DNA from: the human T2T-CHM13v2.0 reference genome, Homo sapiens
Reading direction: 5' to 3' (one strand)
Assembly (NCBI RefSeq): GCF_009914755.1
Contig: NC_060930.1
Length of the DNA stretch: 64,000 bases
This document shows, in pieces, positions 15,490 through 30,678 of the stretch; within the stretch, counting starts at the first letter, position 1, and the number at the start of each line of letters is the position of its first letter. The position numbers and the translations under genes are program-made. The notes under the pieces were generated by a model. The model saw only the letters and a program-made list of their open reading frames with translations. It ran no database searches and was not told the origin of the DNA.

Positions 15490-15780
15490 CTCATTGAACA
15501 GGTATTTATTGAACATCCACTAGGCATCAGGTTGTGTGGTTGTGTATTAGATGCTGGGAATTCAAAGCAAATTATGGCCCTGTCCTCATAGGAAGTCCTG
15601 TGGGGGCTGCAGAGCAGTGGCCAGACAGTTGCTATGCCATATGGTAAGTGGGTAAGTGTTAGGGTGATGGAAGGTCAGGATCTCAAGGAGGAAACACAGG
15701 GGGTGTCTAACTGGTCTCGGTAGGCCAGAGAATACTTTCTAGAAAAAAGGTATCTCAGTTGAAACTGGAAGGATGTTTAT
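15490..15780 (-). mobile_element. L2 3' fragment
   Basis: CATTGAACAGGTATTTATTGAACATCCACTAGG..GCCCTGTCCTCA.. L2-type. Confidence 0.55.
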
Positions 15781-16371
15781 TGGAGATTATTGGCATATCT
15801 TCATTTCTGCTTCAAATAGTTACAGAAGAGACTCTTAGTTCAGCAGTAACAGCACAGCAAGTTTATTTTGGGGTTAAAGATACATATTCTTTTCATATCT
15901 TGAATGGGTATTAATTCATTCAAAAGCCAAATGATAGAAACTTTGGTTAAGCAATTTAAGTAAAACCTAATTTTATCTATAGAAGTCCTATAGAAGTTCT
16001 TCATAATTTTGTTTATATTCAGAGGTAGAAGATCTGTAAATGTAGATCACTGAAATGTTTATAAGATGATTCCTACATTATCTGATTAAAGTATTGATTC
16101 ATTTAAATATTGAATGCCCACGAGGAGCTTATAGGGAAATAGTGAATGTGTTAGGCCCTGTACTGGACACCTTCCTCTATGTTATCTCACTTCAAAAACA
16201 CAAACGTGACATTCAAGTTCTATGATAATAGCAACCATTTCTCCATGCTCTTGTATTTGACAATATTCTAATGCATACTTTTTCTCTGCTGTCCCTACTG
16301 TGGATGTAAGGCTGTAAACTAGCCCTAGTTTTTTAAAAGAATATTCCACTTGTCTGTTTTTATCCATGTTG

Positions 16372-16662
16372 CAGATCGAGCATCCCTAATCTGAAAATCT
16401 GAAATGTGAAATGCTCCAAAATCTGAAACTTTTTGAGAACCAATATGAAATAGTGATACCATTGTTTTCTGATGGTTCAATATATACAAACTTTGTTTCC
16501 TGCACAAAACTATTAAAAGATGTTGAATAGAATTACCATCAGGCTACATGTATAAGGTGTATATGAAACATAAATGAATTTTCTGTTTAGACTTGGGTCC
16601 CATCCCCAAAAGATCTCATTATGTCTGGTCCCAAACATTTTGAATAAGGGACAGTCGACCTG
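16372..16662 (+). mobile_element. Tigger4 (Zombi)-family MITE
   Basis: TIR-like ends CAGATCGAGCATCCCTAATC / AATAAGGGACAGTCGACCTG; internal GAAATGCTCCAAAATCTGAAAC. Confidence 0.8.
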
Positions 16663-18827
16663 TACTATGAATGAAAACCATTGACATTGCATGTGTATTA
16701 TCCCCCCACCACACTATGATGTCTCAGAGCAGGGTCTTGTTGACTGTTGAGTCCCTACTGCTCTGCCCAATGCCTGGCTTATGCCATCACTCAGTGAGTG
16801 TCAGTGGAATGAATTTGTTCAAGAAAATAGTGTGTTTGAGAGCTGTTCACCTGAAAAACCATTAAAGGCTAATTATTTGTGTTGAGAACCAATGTAAGTA
16901 TCCTAGTGGAATATGGAAACAATCCACGATGATTGGTGGAGATTCAGCCCCACTCCTTCTCTACTGAATGAAAACTGGGTATTGCTGCTACTGGAGGGGA
17001 AGTGAAGTAAGGAATGCCCCTGATTTGATTATGGTCCAGGGAGCAAGCCCAGGCTTCTGCCTCAGTGCTGGCCTTGGCCTATACCTAGCCAGCCGCACAT
17101 GGGCTTCCTCTAGAGTTTGCCGTCCATGGATCTGGAACCAACAGCCTGAGCTACAGAGACTGGGCTGGAGCTGCTACCAAGTGCTTGGCCCTGTTTTGCT
17201 CTCATTAACCAGGTCAGAATTGCTGGCTGCCGTTGCTGTCAGGTGGGGTGAGTCAGGTCTGTGGGGATGTTTGACATCATAGGCGCCCTCTTATTCTAAT
17301 CAGCTTGTTTTAGCAGAGCTCCTTTGTATAAACACATCAGCTGAAGGAAGCTCTGAAATGAAGACTGTTACATAATGATTTTATGAATAACATACAGCTT
17401 CCTAAAATCAGTCTTTTTCTGTTAGATCTTCAAACCAGGTTTTAGAAGCAAGACAATTTTAGATTCTCATAGTAAGAACAAATTTAGACACCTTCATAAG
17501 GTGTGACGCATTTGATGCAAAATATAGATGGACGAGGAATGATGTTGCTTATTAAAAAGTTCAATTAGAGGATGGGCACTAAAATATATATGAACTAAGT
17601 TAAGTATGTCAAATGACACACTAAAGGCTAATTAGGTAAAGGGAGAAGTGTACATGACAGGTTTCTGATTTTCTAGCTTTTTAACAGTAAAGGTAACTTT
17701 ATTTCCAGCATTCGACCAAAATGCAGGGATTTGGGCCACATTTACTTGGCTCCGGGGGAGTTTTTCAATCCTGTTGAAGCACAGCAGGCAAGGCCTGGGT
17801 CATGAGAATTCTATGGTGCTGACTGCATTTGGAGCTTAATTATTTAAATGTTTCCAGACTCAAATGACTGATGAGCTAACATATTTTTAATTCAGACTTT
17901 CACAGAGCAAGCTATAAGGTGTGTCTTGAGAAACTGATGCTCACTTGAAGTTCCATGCCATGTATTTTATTTCAATAGCCACATTTTAGATGACAAATTT
18001 AAAATTGTATCCAAATTTCAAGGGAACAGAGTCCTACATTAGTTCCAGTACCCAGCCCTCTTTCGTGAAGAGGACTAGAGGTGGTTTTGTTGTTGTTTTT
18101 AAAGAGAGAAAAAAGTGCTGTTAGAATAAAAATAAAGAATGTTACCAGAATGTTCTACTTAATTTAGCTTTCCAAAGATAAACACACTGGTGAATCATTA
18201 CATGCTGATGGTGCTATTTTAACATTAATCCTTTAACCTTTTCCTTCTCCCTTCCTGTCTACTGAGTTGGGTGGGTTATAGGTAGCGTCACTTAGGGAAA
18301 AGTTTGTTCCTTTTTAGTTTTTCTATGGTTCAAACTATTTCTCGTATAAGCACTATCTACTGGAGACTCTTAAAATAGTACTTTAAAGAATAAAAGAACA
18401 CTTGAGAATGATTCAGTTGGCGGAGATTCTATAAATTTAGATAATTTACTAATCATTATGCTTATTAAGTAATTTAACTATCTCAAATGAATTACAGATA
18501 TTTTATAGCACTATCCACATGTTAATTGAATCTTGATCCTCAGGCCTGCAAAACTGGCCATGAAAAATACTTTTGTTGTCCCCAGCAAGCCAGATCTGTG
18601 AGTCCCTTTATTCCTCTAGGTCTTCATTTGGTGTCTTTTTAGCGTATGTTCTGTTTTCCAAGTTGGGAGCGGCTAACTAAGCGGGTCGTCCTTTCTCAGA
18701 AGGTTTATTTCTTGGTGGTGATCTTGTTATTGAGGCTCACATTTACCTGAACTGCATTAAGAGAGAGACACTCTTACTTATATTTGTATCCCCAGATTGT
18801 TAGCAGAATATCAGTAATAAATGCTTA

Positions 18828-19295
<468 letters not shown>

Positions 19296-20429
19296 TTACT
19301 TGCTGGCCAGCAGCCCCATCTGCCTTCTGCCTGTGTCTTGCAACAGCCCTATTGCTGCCAGCACAGCCCTCCTGCCTCCTTCCCTCCTGCGTTTCTGCTC
19401 CCAGTATGCATATCAAGGTCACATTCTTCTGCTCTATACTCTGGATCTTTCTACACTTGGCATGTATTTTCCCCTCTGTGTTCTCACGCTCCACACTGTG
19501 GAAGAACACATTCTCTTGGGAAAACCCATTGTAGGGAGGGACAGGAATGACTTCCAGGAAGATAGTTGCTCAACCTAGCCTCCAAGAAATGAAAGACATA
19601 CCATTCGTGAGCTGCTTGCTGTCCCTCCCTTGAAGGAATATTGAGGTGGTCTAGGGTATCTCAGTGGTTTTGCTTTTTTGCCTTGAGCAGTTGTACGGAA
19701 ACATAATACTGGCTTCCAGGTGAGTAGTAAAGACCTCATGCATTTTCATTAAATGTGATTTCTTTTATTCAAGGTGAATATCATCCTCTACCCACAGACC
19801 ATCCTAAAAATAAAGTGAAATCCCTACTCTCTACAACCCACATGCCAAATGTGAGCAAACATGTTTGGAATAAGGTGTATTACATATGTAATCTTTGCAG
19901 AGTTCAGTTGTAATTTGTCCTGGACTCTTGGATTCCTCTTCTGCTATCTGTTTTTCCTGATGGGAGCCAGTGATAAAAGGATTAAGGAGATCTGATTCCC
20001 CCTTCAAACAATACATGGTTCCATTTGTGTTCTAGCATAGAGGTTTTTAAAGTCTTTATTCAGCATTGACCTAAACACTTCTTCCTTTAAGCCACTGAAC
20101 ATGCTGGACCCAGGCTTTGGAATGCCATATAGAGCTAGATTATTGGAAATCCTCCAGGTCCATTATATTGACATTCTTTTTTATAATTTCGCTACCATTT
20201 TATCCTGAGAAATTCTCTTTCATTACCTGCTCAAAGCCCATTGCTGGTGCCCTTCCTGATGCTCCTCCTACCACCTGCCATATTTTCTACCTGTTACTCA
20301 GCACGCAAGACTTCAGGTGCACCTACGGAAGTAGCGGTGGGGGCTTTGGCTGTTTCTGAGCCTGTTCCTGGGGAGAGGGAACTTTAGTTAAGGTGACTTG
20401 ATGCATGTAGTTTGTTAAGACAGTGATGA

Positions 20430-20907
20430 TATAGTAGGTCGAAGAATGCCCCCCGCCCCCCCAAAAAAGAACCACATCTTAACCCCTTAAACCTGTGAAT
20501 ATGTTACTTTACATGGCAAAAGGGACTTTGCAGATGTGAAGACGTTAAGGATGTTGACTTAATGATCCTGGGCGAAATGATCCTACATTATTTGGCTGGG
20601 CTCAGTGTAATCACAGGATTCCTTATAAGAGGGACAAGAAGGTTAAAAGAGGAGAAGGCAATGTGACAATGAAGACAAATTTTGGAGCAATGAGGCTGTA
20701 ACCAAAGAATGCAACTGAGCCTAGGAGGTGGAAGAGACCAAGCCAGAGCCTCCAGAGGAATGCAGCCCTTCAGAACACCTTGATTTGAGCCCTACAAGAT
20801 AAGACTAATTTTGGATTTCTGACCCAGAACCATCAGAGTAAATTTTGGCTGTTTTAAGCCACTAAATTGGTGGTAATTTGTTACAGTAGCAACAGGAAAC
20901 TAATACT
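20430..20907 (+). mobile_element. MLT1C/D-type MaLR LTR
   Basis: CCTGTGAATATGTTACTTTACATGGCAAAAGGGACTTTGCAGATGTG..GTAATTTGTTACAGTAGCAACAGGAAACTAATAC. Confidence 0.85.
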
Positions 20908-23329
20908 GATGAAAAGATAATAGGAAAGGAAAGTAAAAGCAGAAGTGTGGGCCAGGGAGGGATCGCAGTCATCTGATGGCAAAGCACTTCTCTAAGAACA
21001 ACCACATGGCTTCCCCTTCCTGGCCTATGTCCCTGTGGATATGTTAGAACCTGGTTAACCTTGACTGTTATCCAGTGCCTTTCCTGGCTTTGTCCTTCGT
21101 ATCAGATGCAGATGTTTTATCTCCTTTTTTTATGGCTCCCAGGAACTTTCTATGACCCCCTTAGAGGAATCACTAGACCTCATGTCTCAAAGACTAGCTA
21201 AGTGTTTGCTGTGGTCCTAACAAGTCCACCTAGAGCCATTTAAATGGCTGGCATTGATGCTTTCTGTTATCTGTTCCAGGTTTAGTGGCGTGAATAGTAA
21301 ACATAGTAGATTAGTCCTTTGTAATTAAATTTAGATAGCATCTCACCCCTGACTCTTTTAGAACAATGATGGCAGTGGGAGGAGTCAGAGAGGTCAGTCC
21401 CCAGTTAAATCAGTCAGGCATTTATTGATGACCCTCTGGGTACTCAGCGCTTTGCTCTAGGTGTCCTAAGCTGATCTGAAAAATTGGGGTCACCTCCAAT
21501 TCTTTTTTCAATGAAGTCCTGGATAAGGAGACAAAAGCAGAATGGTGAAAAAGAATCATTCTCTCAATTAATCTAAAGCCTATGTGTTAATACTCTTTAA
21601 AAAAATAAAACTACTAGATGGCAAGTGTACTTTCATAGGAGAAAACTAAACTTTCATTAGGCTATTTAAGGAGATCAGGCAGAAATTGATTCATGAGAGA
21701 AAAAAGTAACATGCTTTTTAGGCATTTTTAGGAATTTTGGCCCTGCCTGGACCACACTGTTTATTGATTCATCCATCACTTATCTGGTCATGTATTTATT
21801 CTAGAAACAATTGTTGAGTACTCAGTAGTGTTCTGGGAGCTACGAGGAAGACCTTGACAAGATTTCTACGTCTTTCATGGAAGCAATCAATACATGTTTG
21901 ATAAGAAGTAACCCAACTTAACAAATGTCGTATTACTAAAGAAATGCTTATTAATTTAAATTTAAGTCAAGCAGAGCCTAGAATACTTGTTTGATGAATC
22001 CCAAACAGCCTACGGAGGAAATTTTTTGAGTTGCAAAGGGTGCTTCCCTTGCTAGCCTATAAGAACAGCTCATTAAGATCCAACCTATACCTTTCCCCCT
22101 TTCTATGCTGTATTAAGACATACCACCCTTTCTTTATAGAGTCATGAGTCTGCAAGGGATTTGAGAGGTCAGCAGGCCATTCTGCTGACTTGGGCCCAAA
22201 TGCTTTCAGGAGCCAGGCAGGCCATGTAAGTGTGTGTAGCTCAATGTGAGACAATTGGGAGTGGTGGAAACTTTGGCAAACTCAGAGCAGATGCCTTGTC
22301 TAAAGCTTTCAAGGTTTGGCCTGGCCAAATGATCATGTCAGTGAGCTGGATTTGATTAGACTACCAGTTGGCAGCTCATGATTCTAATCTGAGAAAACAG
22401 TAGTCTGACCCTTTCTTAAAGTCTACTAGAGAGAATCACCTTTTTGAGTATGGATAGCAGGCTGCCCGCCATCCGGCCGGCATGAGCCTGCCAGCCACAT
22501 CATTGGAGGGGAACTTGCTATGTTATTAGGATGGGTACCCATCATATTTCCAACTAACTGGTGGCTTGTGGAGAGAACTTGTGCAAGCTGTATATTCCTG
22601 AAGCAGCTTCTCTGAACCAGTTTTTCCCTTTGTTTGCTGGTTTTGTAACAGTAGACTCATCCATAAGCAGCTGTAACTGCCCTTTAAGCAACAGGCTACC
22701 CCTTTGGCTGATCGATATGTTCAGAAGCCCTTTTTTGCCAATAGTCAGCACCATGTCAAACAGATGCCTTCCTCTGCATTCCAGTGACCTGGTGGCATTG
22801 CTGCCAACTCAATAATTTTTTGAGCATTGGCCATAATAAAGTATAGGTACAGTTCTTAAAAACTATTTTTAAAAATCCTTGAAGTGATAAATAGATTGAG
22901 CTAAATAATGGTAAGCATATATCCTTCTGCTTTGATTTACAGATTTATAATTTAGTCTTCCTTCAGGAATAATTTTTAAATGCAGCCATCTCCTGGAATT
23001 TAGAAAGAGGCCTGTATCTCAATGCCTTTTACAGGCAGTAATTCTACCATGTTTATTTTCATACCAAGACTATTGAGTGCTATTGAGGGCGAAGTGATTG
23101 TTTTGTTTAGTTTTGTTTTGTTTTGCCAAGGCAAAAAGAATAGCTTTAAACATTTCATTAGTCAAATTGAGACAGAAGCCTGAAGCTTTAAAAGAAATTA
23201 TGCTTTTGCATTGAAAGCAGAAGTTCAATAAAATAAGATTCTATAAAAAGAAGTTGGGCCTATACATTGAGCCTGGCCATTCCTGGTAAATATTGTAGAA
23301 TGAAGAGATGACACATGAACATGCTACAA

Positions 23330-23540
23330 TACGAAAGACCTGAGTTTGAATCCAGATCTATCATTTGTGCATCTTGAGGCACATTTCTTAACCTCTCCAA
23401 GCCTTAGTTTCTTCATCTATAAAATGGGAATAATAATAGTACCAAACTCATTCTTGCTGTTATGTTTTAATGAAATAAATGCATAAAGAAAGTATTAGGC
23501 ACCGTGCCTGGTAAATAGTCAATGTTCAAAAAATGAAAGC
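23330..23540 (+). mobile_element. MIR
   Basis: GACCTGAGTTTGAATCC..CCTTAGTTTCTTCATCTATAAAATGGGAATAATAATAGTACC core. Confidence 0.8.
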
Positions 23541-24254
23541 TGTGGTCTCTGGCTTGAGACTCAGATACAGGTGTCAGTTGTGGGTTCCAATTCTGGAGGA
23601 GAAGGAAGAAAGCCCAGAATCTTCTTTGAGAAAATCAGAATCTTCTGGAAAAAAAGGCCGTCTTGGGATGGCCTTTAGATCTGTACAGGTTGCTGGTCAA
23701 AGTGTCTGATGAATTGATTTTCACTGCAATGGCCAGAGCTTCCCCAACATGTTTTTGCAGGGCCAGGCCAATGTTGAGCCTCCTTCTCAGAGGGCTGCTT
23801 GCAGGTTTTTTTAGGAGTACAATGCTGGGCTAAGGCACACTAGACTGACACCTAAGAAATCTCATTTAGATGTCAGAATTTGCTTCCTAAGCACTCTTGG
23901 GTTAACTGGTTTTATTAGAAAAGCTAAACATATTTCACATATTGAGGAACCCTCTCTCTATGACTTTGGCAGAGTTCCTTTTGTGCCTTTCACGGAGATA
24001 GGCTTTTTAGTTTTCCAGCCACCAGGGCATTCACTTTGAGATTCATTGCTGAGTAAGTGCCATCTGTGTGGACTCCTGGGTCCCAGATGGTCCTTTGTTT
24101 TTGCTCATTCTTCTGCATTGTTACTGTAAGAGAAATACATTCCCAGGCTTTTTATGTATTAGCAATCTTAAAATATTTTGGAATTCAACTCATGCCTTCA
24201 TTTTCAGTGGAAGGTCTTTTTTGTTTGTTTGCTTGTTTGTGGTTTTAATTTTTA

Positions 24255-24485
24255 AAAAATTTTTAATTATTATTGATACATAATAGTTATACATATGGGT
24301 TACATCTGATATTTTGATGCAATCATACAACTTGTAATGACCAAATCAAGGTAATGGAGATATTCATTGCCTCAAGCATTTATCATTTTTTATGTTAGGA
24401 ACATTCCAATTCCACTCTTTTAGTTATTTTGAAATATAAAATACGATTGTTAACTATAGTCACCTCATTGTGCTGCCTAACATTA
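24255..24485 (-). mobile_element. L1MA-type 3' end fragment
   Basis: TTATTGATACATAATAG..ATCAAGGTAAT..GGAACATTCCAATTCCACTCTTTTAGTTATTTTG. Confidence 0.75.
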
Positions 24486-25227
24486 GTTCCTTTAGTTTTG
24501 TTTTCACTCTCGCTCTCCCCCTCCCTAATAGTTTTATGGTTTTGAAGTCATCTCCACCTTGTCCCTCTAACCTTCCCATCTAGTCAGGTTTTCTAATGAC
24601 ATCTTGAGGAAATTTCTGCTCAATTTTGAGGGCATACTGCCGATCCAGTATTTAGGGACCCACGTGAAGCTTAGTTAATTATTGATTATGAAGACTTATC
24701 CTCTCCCTGCCCCTCAAGGCTTTATAAAGCCATGGCTCCTGGAACTAAGGCATCAGCCATTTGTTTTTCCAACCTCATTTCTTGAGCCAGGACTCTCCAT
24801 TCAAGCAGAGCCTGGCTCTGATTGCTCCTTTCTCATGTGGAGCTCTTTTAGAGCCATTACTACATAGGAGCTGCGCATCTGGCCTTGACCTCTGCTTTTG
24901 TCCCTTGGGTACAGCAGGACATTGCAGAAACCTCACCCACAGCCTTCAGCTTTTGGCTCCCTGCTCATTCATCGAAATGGTCAGCTAGCTTCTTGTGCCT
25001 AGCTGTGATTTACCTATTTAATATTTTATCTATCATTGCTATGTGTTTGGAGCAGTGGGGTGTTGTCCAAGTGTGGATTCACCAAACCACCTTGGCCAAA
25101 AGTCCAAACTTGTCGGAAGACTGTGTCTGATGGATGTTGCCTTATGTAAGGTCCAGACACCAGGCAATCTGGATGTGCAGAAAAGTTTCACAGCCTCTGC
25201 ATTAAGATGGTAAAGAGGGTAAGTGTG

Positions 25228-25532
25228 GGCTGGGCACAGTGGCTCATGCCTGTAACCCCAGCACTTTGGGAGGCCGAGGTGGGCAGATCACCCGTGGTCA
25301 GGAGTTTGAGACCAGCCTGGCCAACATGGCAAAACCCCGTCTCTACTAAAAATACAAAAACTAGCCAGACATGGTGGTGCATGCCTGTAATCCCAGCTAC
25401 TCAGGAGGCTGAGACAGGAGAACTGCTAGAATCCATGAGACGGAGGCTGCAGTGAGCCAAGATTGCACCACTGCACTCTAGCCTGGGTGACAAGAGCAAG
25501 ACTCTGTCTCAAAAAAAAAAAAAAAAAAAAAA
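25228..25532 (+). mobile_element. AluS
   Basis: Full Alu with A tail. Confidence 0.95.
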
Positions 25533-25594
25533 TACTTGGAAGTAGCTAAACTAATTGAAGACATTTAAAAATGTCTTTACCTCCAACAATTTGC

Positions 25595-25762
25595 TGTTAA
25601 AAAATTATTCGATGACACTTGTTCAAGCACGGTAAGGCAGGTTTTATTTGGGACCATTGCAATAGGTATAGGGACCACTGCCATGGGATTTTGCAGTCGG
25701 GGAGAGGGATTGGACTCAACTTTGAATATAACAGGGAAAAAAATTATAGCCAAGGAGCAGTG
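25595..25762 (-). mobile_element. MER31-like ERV1 LTR 3' fragment
   Basis: Minus strand CTGCTCCTTGGCTATAA..GTCCCTATACCTATTGCAATGGTCCCAAATAAAACC..AATTTTTTAACA. Confidence 0.65.
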
Positions 25763-26181
25763 TATGTTGCTCTGCCTTAAAAAAAAAAAAAGAGGTATCA
25801 GGCACACTCCAAGGACCATGAATAAGGGAAGAGAAGCAAACGTTATCCAGAAATTCAGGAGACCCCTCCCCACACCTTACATCAGAAGAGAAACCTCAAA
25901 AGGAGAATAGTTAGGCAGAATAGAAAACAGTCATGTCAAATAGCATTGGCCTAAAATCCACATAGTAGAACATTGGATAAATGTATAATCTTTCTTGCCC
26001 AGATCTTCCTGGAAACACTATCTGTTGCAAAACTTTCTCCTATCAACTGTTTTTGGTTAATAGTTCAGGGATTTGGTTTAGTACCTTGGAGAGCTATATA
26101 TCCAAGCATTTTGCTTGTCAAAACTATTTGATAGCTGTATTTGTAAAAGCAGTGGCTCAAATGTTTTTAGAAGAGATTTTC

Positions 26182-26500
<319 letters not shown>

Positions 26501-26963
26501 TCAGTAGAATATGTTCCAAAATGAATAGGGAGCAAGCTTTCTCATTGGTAGTCAATGTTCTGATTCTTTGGATGAATCAGAAACTCAAAAGGTTGAAATA
26601 GTCAGATAGGCCCATTTGAGTATCCAAGAGATCTACTGGACCAAGCAATCTAATTACGTGGACAGTTTACTCTTTTACTTCTCCATCCTGAGAAACAGAG
26701 CCTGATCTTGTAAGAAAGGATTCCAATTCATCCTCTAAAAGTAAAACTATGTTCTTTTTAGCCTGTGATTTTGGAGTCTCTCTGCCCCTTGGAGTGGTGT
26801 TTCTGCTCTTTTTCTCCATAGAATCCATCTGAACTGGCCTTTATCCCCCTGGGCTCGAATTTCAGTTAGGAAAGGCAGAGTATTATTGCCACCTATTGCC
26901 ATCAGTTCTTCTCTGTGCTTCCAATAAGTGAGAGCTTCTCGTAGGAAAGTTAAGAAGTAATGT

Positions 26964-27296
<333 letters not shown>

Positions 27297-28189
27297 TTAT
27301 AGGGAGCCAAGACATTATCTTCTTTGTTAAAACTGAGAGAGACAGTTGCTAATAGGGTTTTTTTTTTTTGTAGAAAGATGTGCTTGGTGATGCGTTTGAA
27401 GACTCAGGGCCCCACAGCAGCCTTGCTGTTGCCACCTCAGCCAGACAGGCCCGGCATCCCAAACATCATACAACCAACCCCAGGCAAACACTCTCTTAAA
27501 AAACCCAGATAGTGAGGGGTTGTGTCCTTCTTTCGAAGGTGGGATCACACTGAGGGTACTTGGATGCAGGTGCTCCAAATTACCCCAGCCTCAAACAAGT
27601 TTGTCGAACTCTAGGCAAGCTGAGTATATACTCATGGGAAGGTTAATAAAAATGGGAACGAACCCCATGTTTAGAAACATAATGGAGAACATTAGGCTTA
27701 TCGATGCCTCTACCATGCCCACAGCATCTCTGGGGCCATAGGAAAGGGCCTGGTGAACATTTTATAACCAGGCATTCCCCAGCTACAGCATATTAATTGT
27801 GGGTGTGAATTAAATCAAGGGAGGGAGTGGATTCTCCCTGGAGCTTGAGGAAAATGGTCCACTTACTGTGCTTTTTCACGGTTGCATTGCCCTTCCTCTG
27901 ATGCTGGGGAGGGACAGAGGAGGGGCAGTGGTGGAGCCAGTTACCAATACAGAGAATTGGGAAGCAGTTAGGTCCTCGGCAATGAATGCAGTTTTTGAAC
28001 AGGGCTTAATTTATAATGGACACTCAACATTAATTTTCTGATTTCTAGACATTTTTCCATGTTGCCCATTTCTTGTTTATCTCTTAGTGGAGATGTTTAA
28101 GTATTTATAGGCAAGGGAGGGAGATGTTAAGTTCCTAAATACCTAGGGGAATCCTGTGACAAAATAGTATTAAGAATTATTTTCTGCCA

Positions 28190-28330
28190 TTTTATTTTTA
28201 TTTTATTGTAAATTGACAAATTATAACTGTATATATTTATGGGGTATGATGTGATATAATGACATATGTGTACAATGTGGGATGATTAAATCCAGCTAAT
28301 TAACACATCCATCACCACAAATACTTGTCA
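28190..28330 (-). mobile_element. L1MA-type 3' terminal fragment
   Basis: TATATATTTATGGGGTATGATGTGAT..GATTAAATCCAGCTAATTAACACATCCATCAC. Confidence 0.7.
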
Positions 28331-28369
28331 TCTACCATTTTAAATTGCAAAAATGGACTGAAGGACCAC

Positions 28370-28680
28370 AGTCCTTCAACTGAAACCCTTGGAGTCAGTT
28401 GTGTTTCAGAATTCAGAATTTTATTTTAGAAAGGTAATAGAAAACATATGCTACTTATTATGAATCACTCCTAGCAGGATCTGGGAAGATTCTTAGAACC
28501 TATAATATTAAACATTTCTGTAGCAAACATGATTATTTGCTCTAAGTGGAATAAGTAAAGATTTTTAATAGCGTCACGTCACTTCAAGTTATGACACTAA
28601 ATGCATTTTGGAGCGAAACTTACAAAAAACAACAATATTTTTAAAACTTTCTGGATTTTAGACTTGTGAGTAAAGATTAG
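28370..28680. mobile_element. MER46C-like Tigger DNA transposon relic
   Basis: CTGAAACCCTTGGAGTCAGTTGTGTTTCAGAATTCAGAATTTT..TTTCTGGATTTTAGAC; recall match. Confidence 0.55.
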
Positions 28681-30517
28681 ATTTTATATAAATCGCATTG
28701 TGAGTTAGGGAGTGCTTAATGGACTGGCCTTGGAAGCCAGTCAGTATTTATGGAAAAAAAAGTGTGTTTCGAACGACCAATAAAATGAACTTTTGGAACA
28801 TAATCCATTTGTCATTTAAGGACTAACAGTATTAATAAAAATGACTGAGAGTCAGATTTTGAACTGTGGACAAAGCTAATATAAATATATTCATATTAGG
28901 CAATAGGCACTGCCAATAGATGAGACTTCTTAGCTACTCCTTACCCACATCTCAGCTTTGATGATGTATCTTCTCTCTCTGTTACCTTTATTTCCCTGTT
29001 ATCTCCTCTTTTTTTTCTTAAAAATAGTTAGTTTGTCCTAGATTTGGAGCTTATAACACTCACTCTGGATAGTTGGCAGGTCTTAATCAGGGCAAGTAGA
29101 CGAGGTATAGAAACCCAGTGATTTCAGTCTTACGGGATCCAAGCAAATTTTTTAAAAATATATAAAGATGATTTTTTAAATTCATAGAGTGATATACCTT
29201 TAAAATTGTGTGACAGAATTGAAATGACAGGGTTAAAAATCTCAGGTTAAAAATCACTGAGAAATTCAGCTTTTATTTGAGGAAAACATTTCTGAACTAT
29301 CACTGACGTAAACAAAGTGTTTTGTTTAAACAATAAAAGAACCTCATATCTATAGGAAATCCTGAAGTTACATTAAAAACAAAAATACTTAAACCTAGAA
29401 GCTGTTACAATGGGAAACTAGACTATAAATAATTTGTGACCGGTGTGTCACTAGGAATTCCAATGGCATAAAGAAATGCTTAATAAACAAATTGCCTTTC
29501 AAATTTGGCAACTCTGGGGATATAACACTATGAACTGTTTTTTTAAAATTCTGTCTGTATAAAAGACCTGGAGAGCCTAACTATACTGTGGATTCATTTC
29601 ATCGTAGGTCCTATGAGGTCATTGCAAATCTTTGTACTATATTTGAGAAAACAGTTGCGCTGTCCCCAGCATCTAATGTCATGACAGCCACGAGGCCTGG
29701 CACCTGATTTCTCCAGCACTGTGTTCACCCTTGTGTCCTGACAGCGTAAGCAGTTTTTGGTGTCTTTGAGAGTCATCTTTACACAGCCAAATTAAACGAA
29801 AGAAGTGAAGTAGGGCCTTCCTGTGTTAGTCAGTCTTTCCTGATCTTCACATTTCTTTAGCCACAGATGATAACGGACTGTAGAATCCCCTAACCTCTTT
29901 TGACAGTTCTTTCTTGAATTATTAGTGACATTCGGTGAAAATACTTTGAATTTCTCTGTTAGGATAGGTGAGCAGAAATGCTGATCAGAAATAGAAGAAC
30001 TAGTCATGATGAACATAACTAAAATGGAATGGCAATACTCAACTTCCTAATATTTATTTGGAACAGAGATATTAAAGATAGTCTTTATTTTTCAATGTTT
30101 TATCTGCTACTCCCTGCCTCCTCCCCCAACAACAACCAAAACACTTTAAAATTTTAAATTGAAAAGTTGCCCAGTCATTCAGTGAGGTCAATGATAAAGG
30201 CTGAACCATATTTAGACAAACCCCAAGGAAAGGATAATGTATTGTATTTTTAAATATTCCTTTTTACCTTTTCATGATCAGTGCCTCTTCCTGCTCCTGT
30301 TTGCCCTGGCATCTTTTGGAAAGCTCTGTGTTTTGCATAGCATGTGCACTTTTTTTCCTGAAATGTGCAACACATTCAACATTGCAGTGATTTTTTTCCC
30401 CCTCCTTAGCTTAGAGCAGAGGTGGAAACCCCAGGGGATTCAAGTACCCACTTGATAGGCTCAGTCTCTCTTAATCAGCCTGTAATGGAGCTAATGGCTG
30501 TTTGTCATCCTTGGAGA

Positions 30518-30678
30518 TATAAATTTCCTGGCGGTGTCTCCTGCAGACAGTGCATGAAGTATGCTCAGTGTGCCAGCAAGGGCTGATAATCAGCAGAAGG
30601 ACAGGGTGCTTCGTTAGTCAGAAGAGCCAGGGCTTCCCGGCTGCCAGGCTACAGAACTCGCCTCGCCACTCCTGAGAC
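30518..30678 (+). promoter_or_regulatory. PHACTR2: TATA box and inferred 5'UTR of a PHACTR2 first exon
   Basis: TATAAAT at 30518-30524, so TSS expected ~30545-30550; TGATAA (GATA) at 30584-30589; local CpG enrichment 30530-30840; repeat-free region. Confidence 0.7.
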
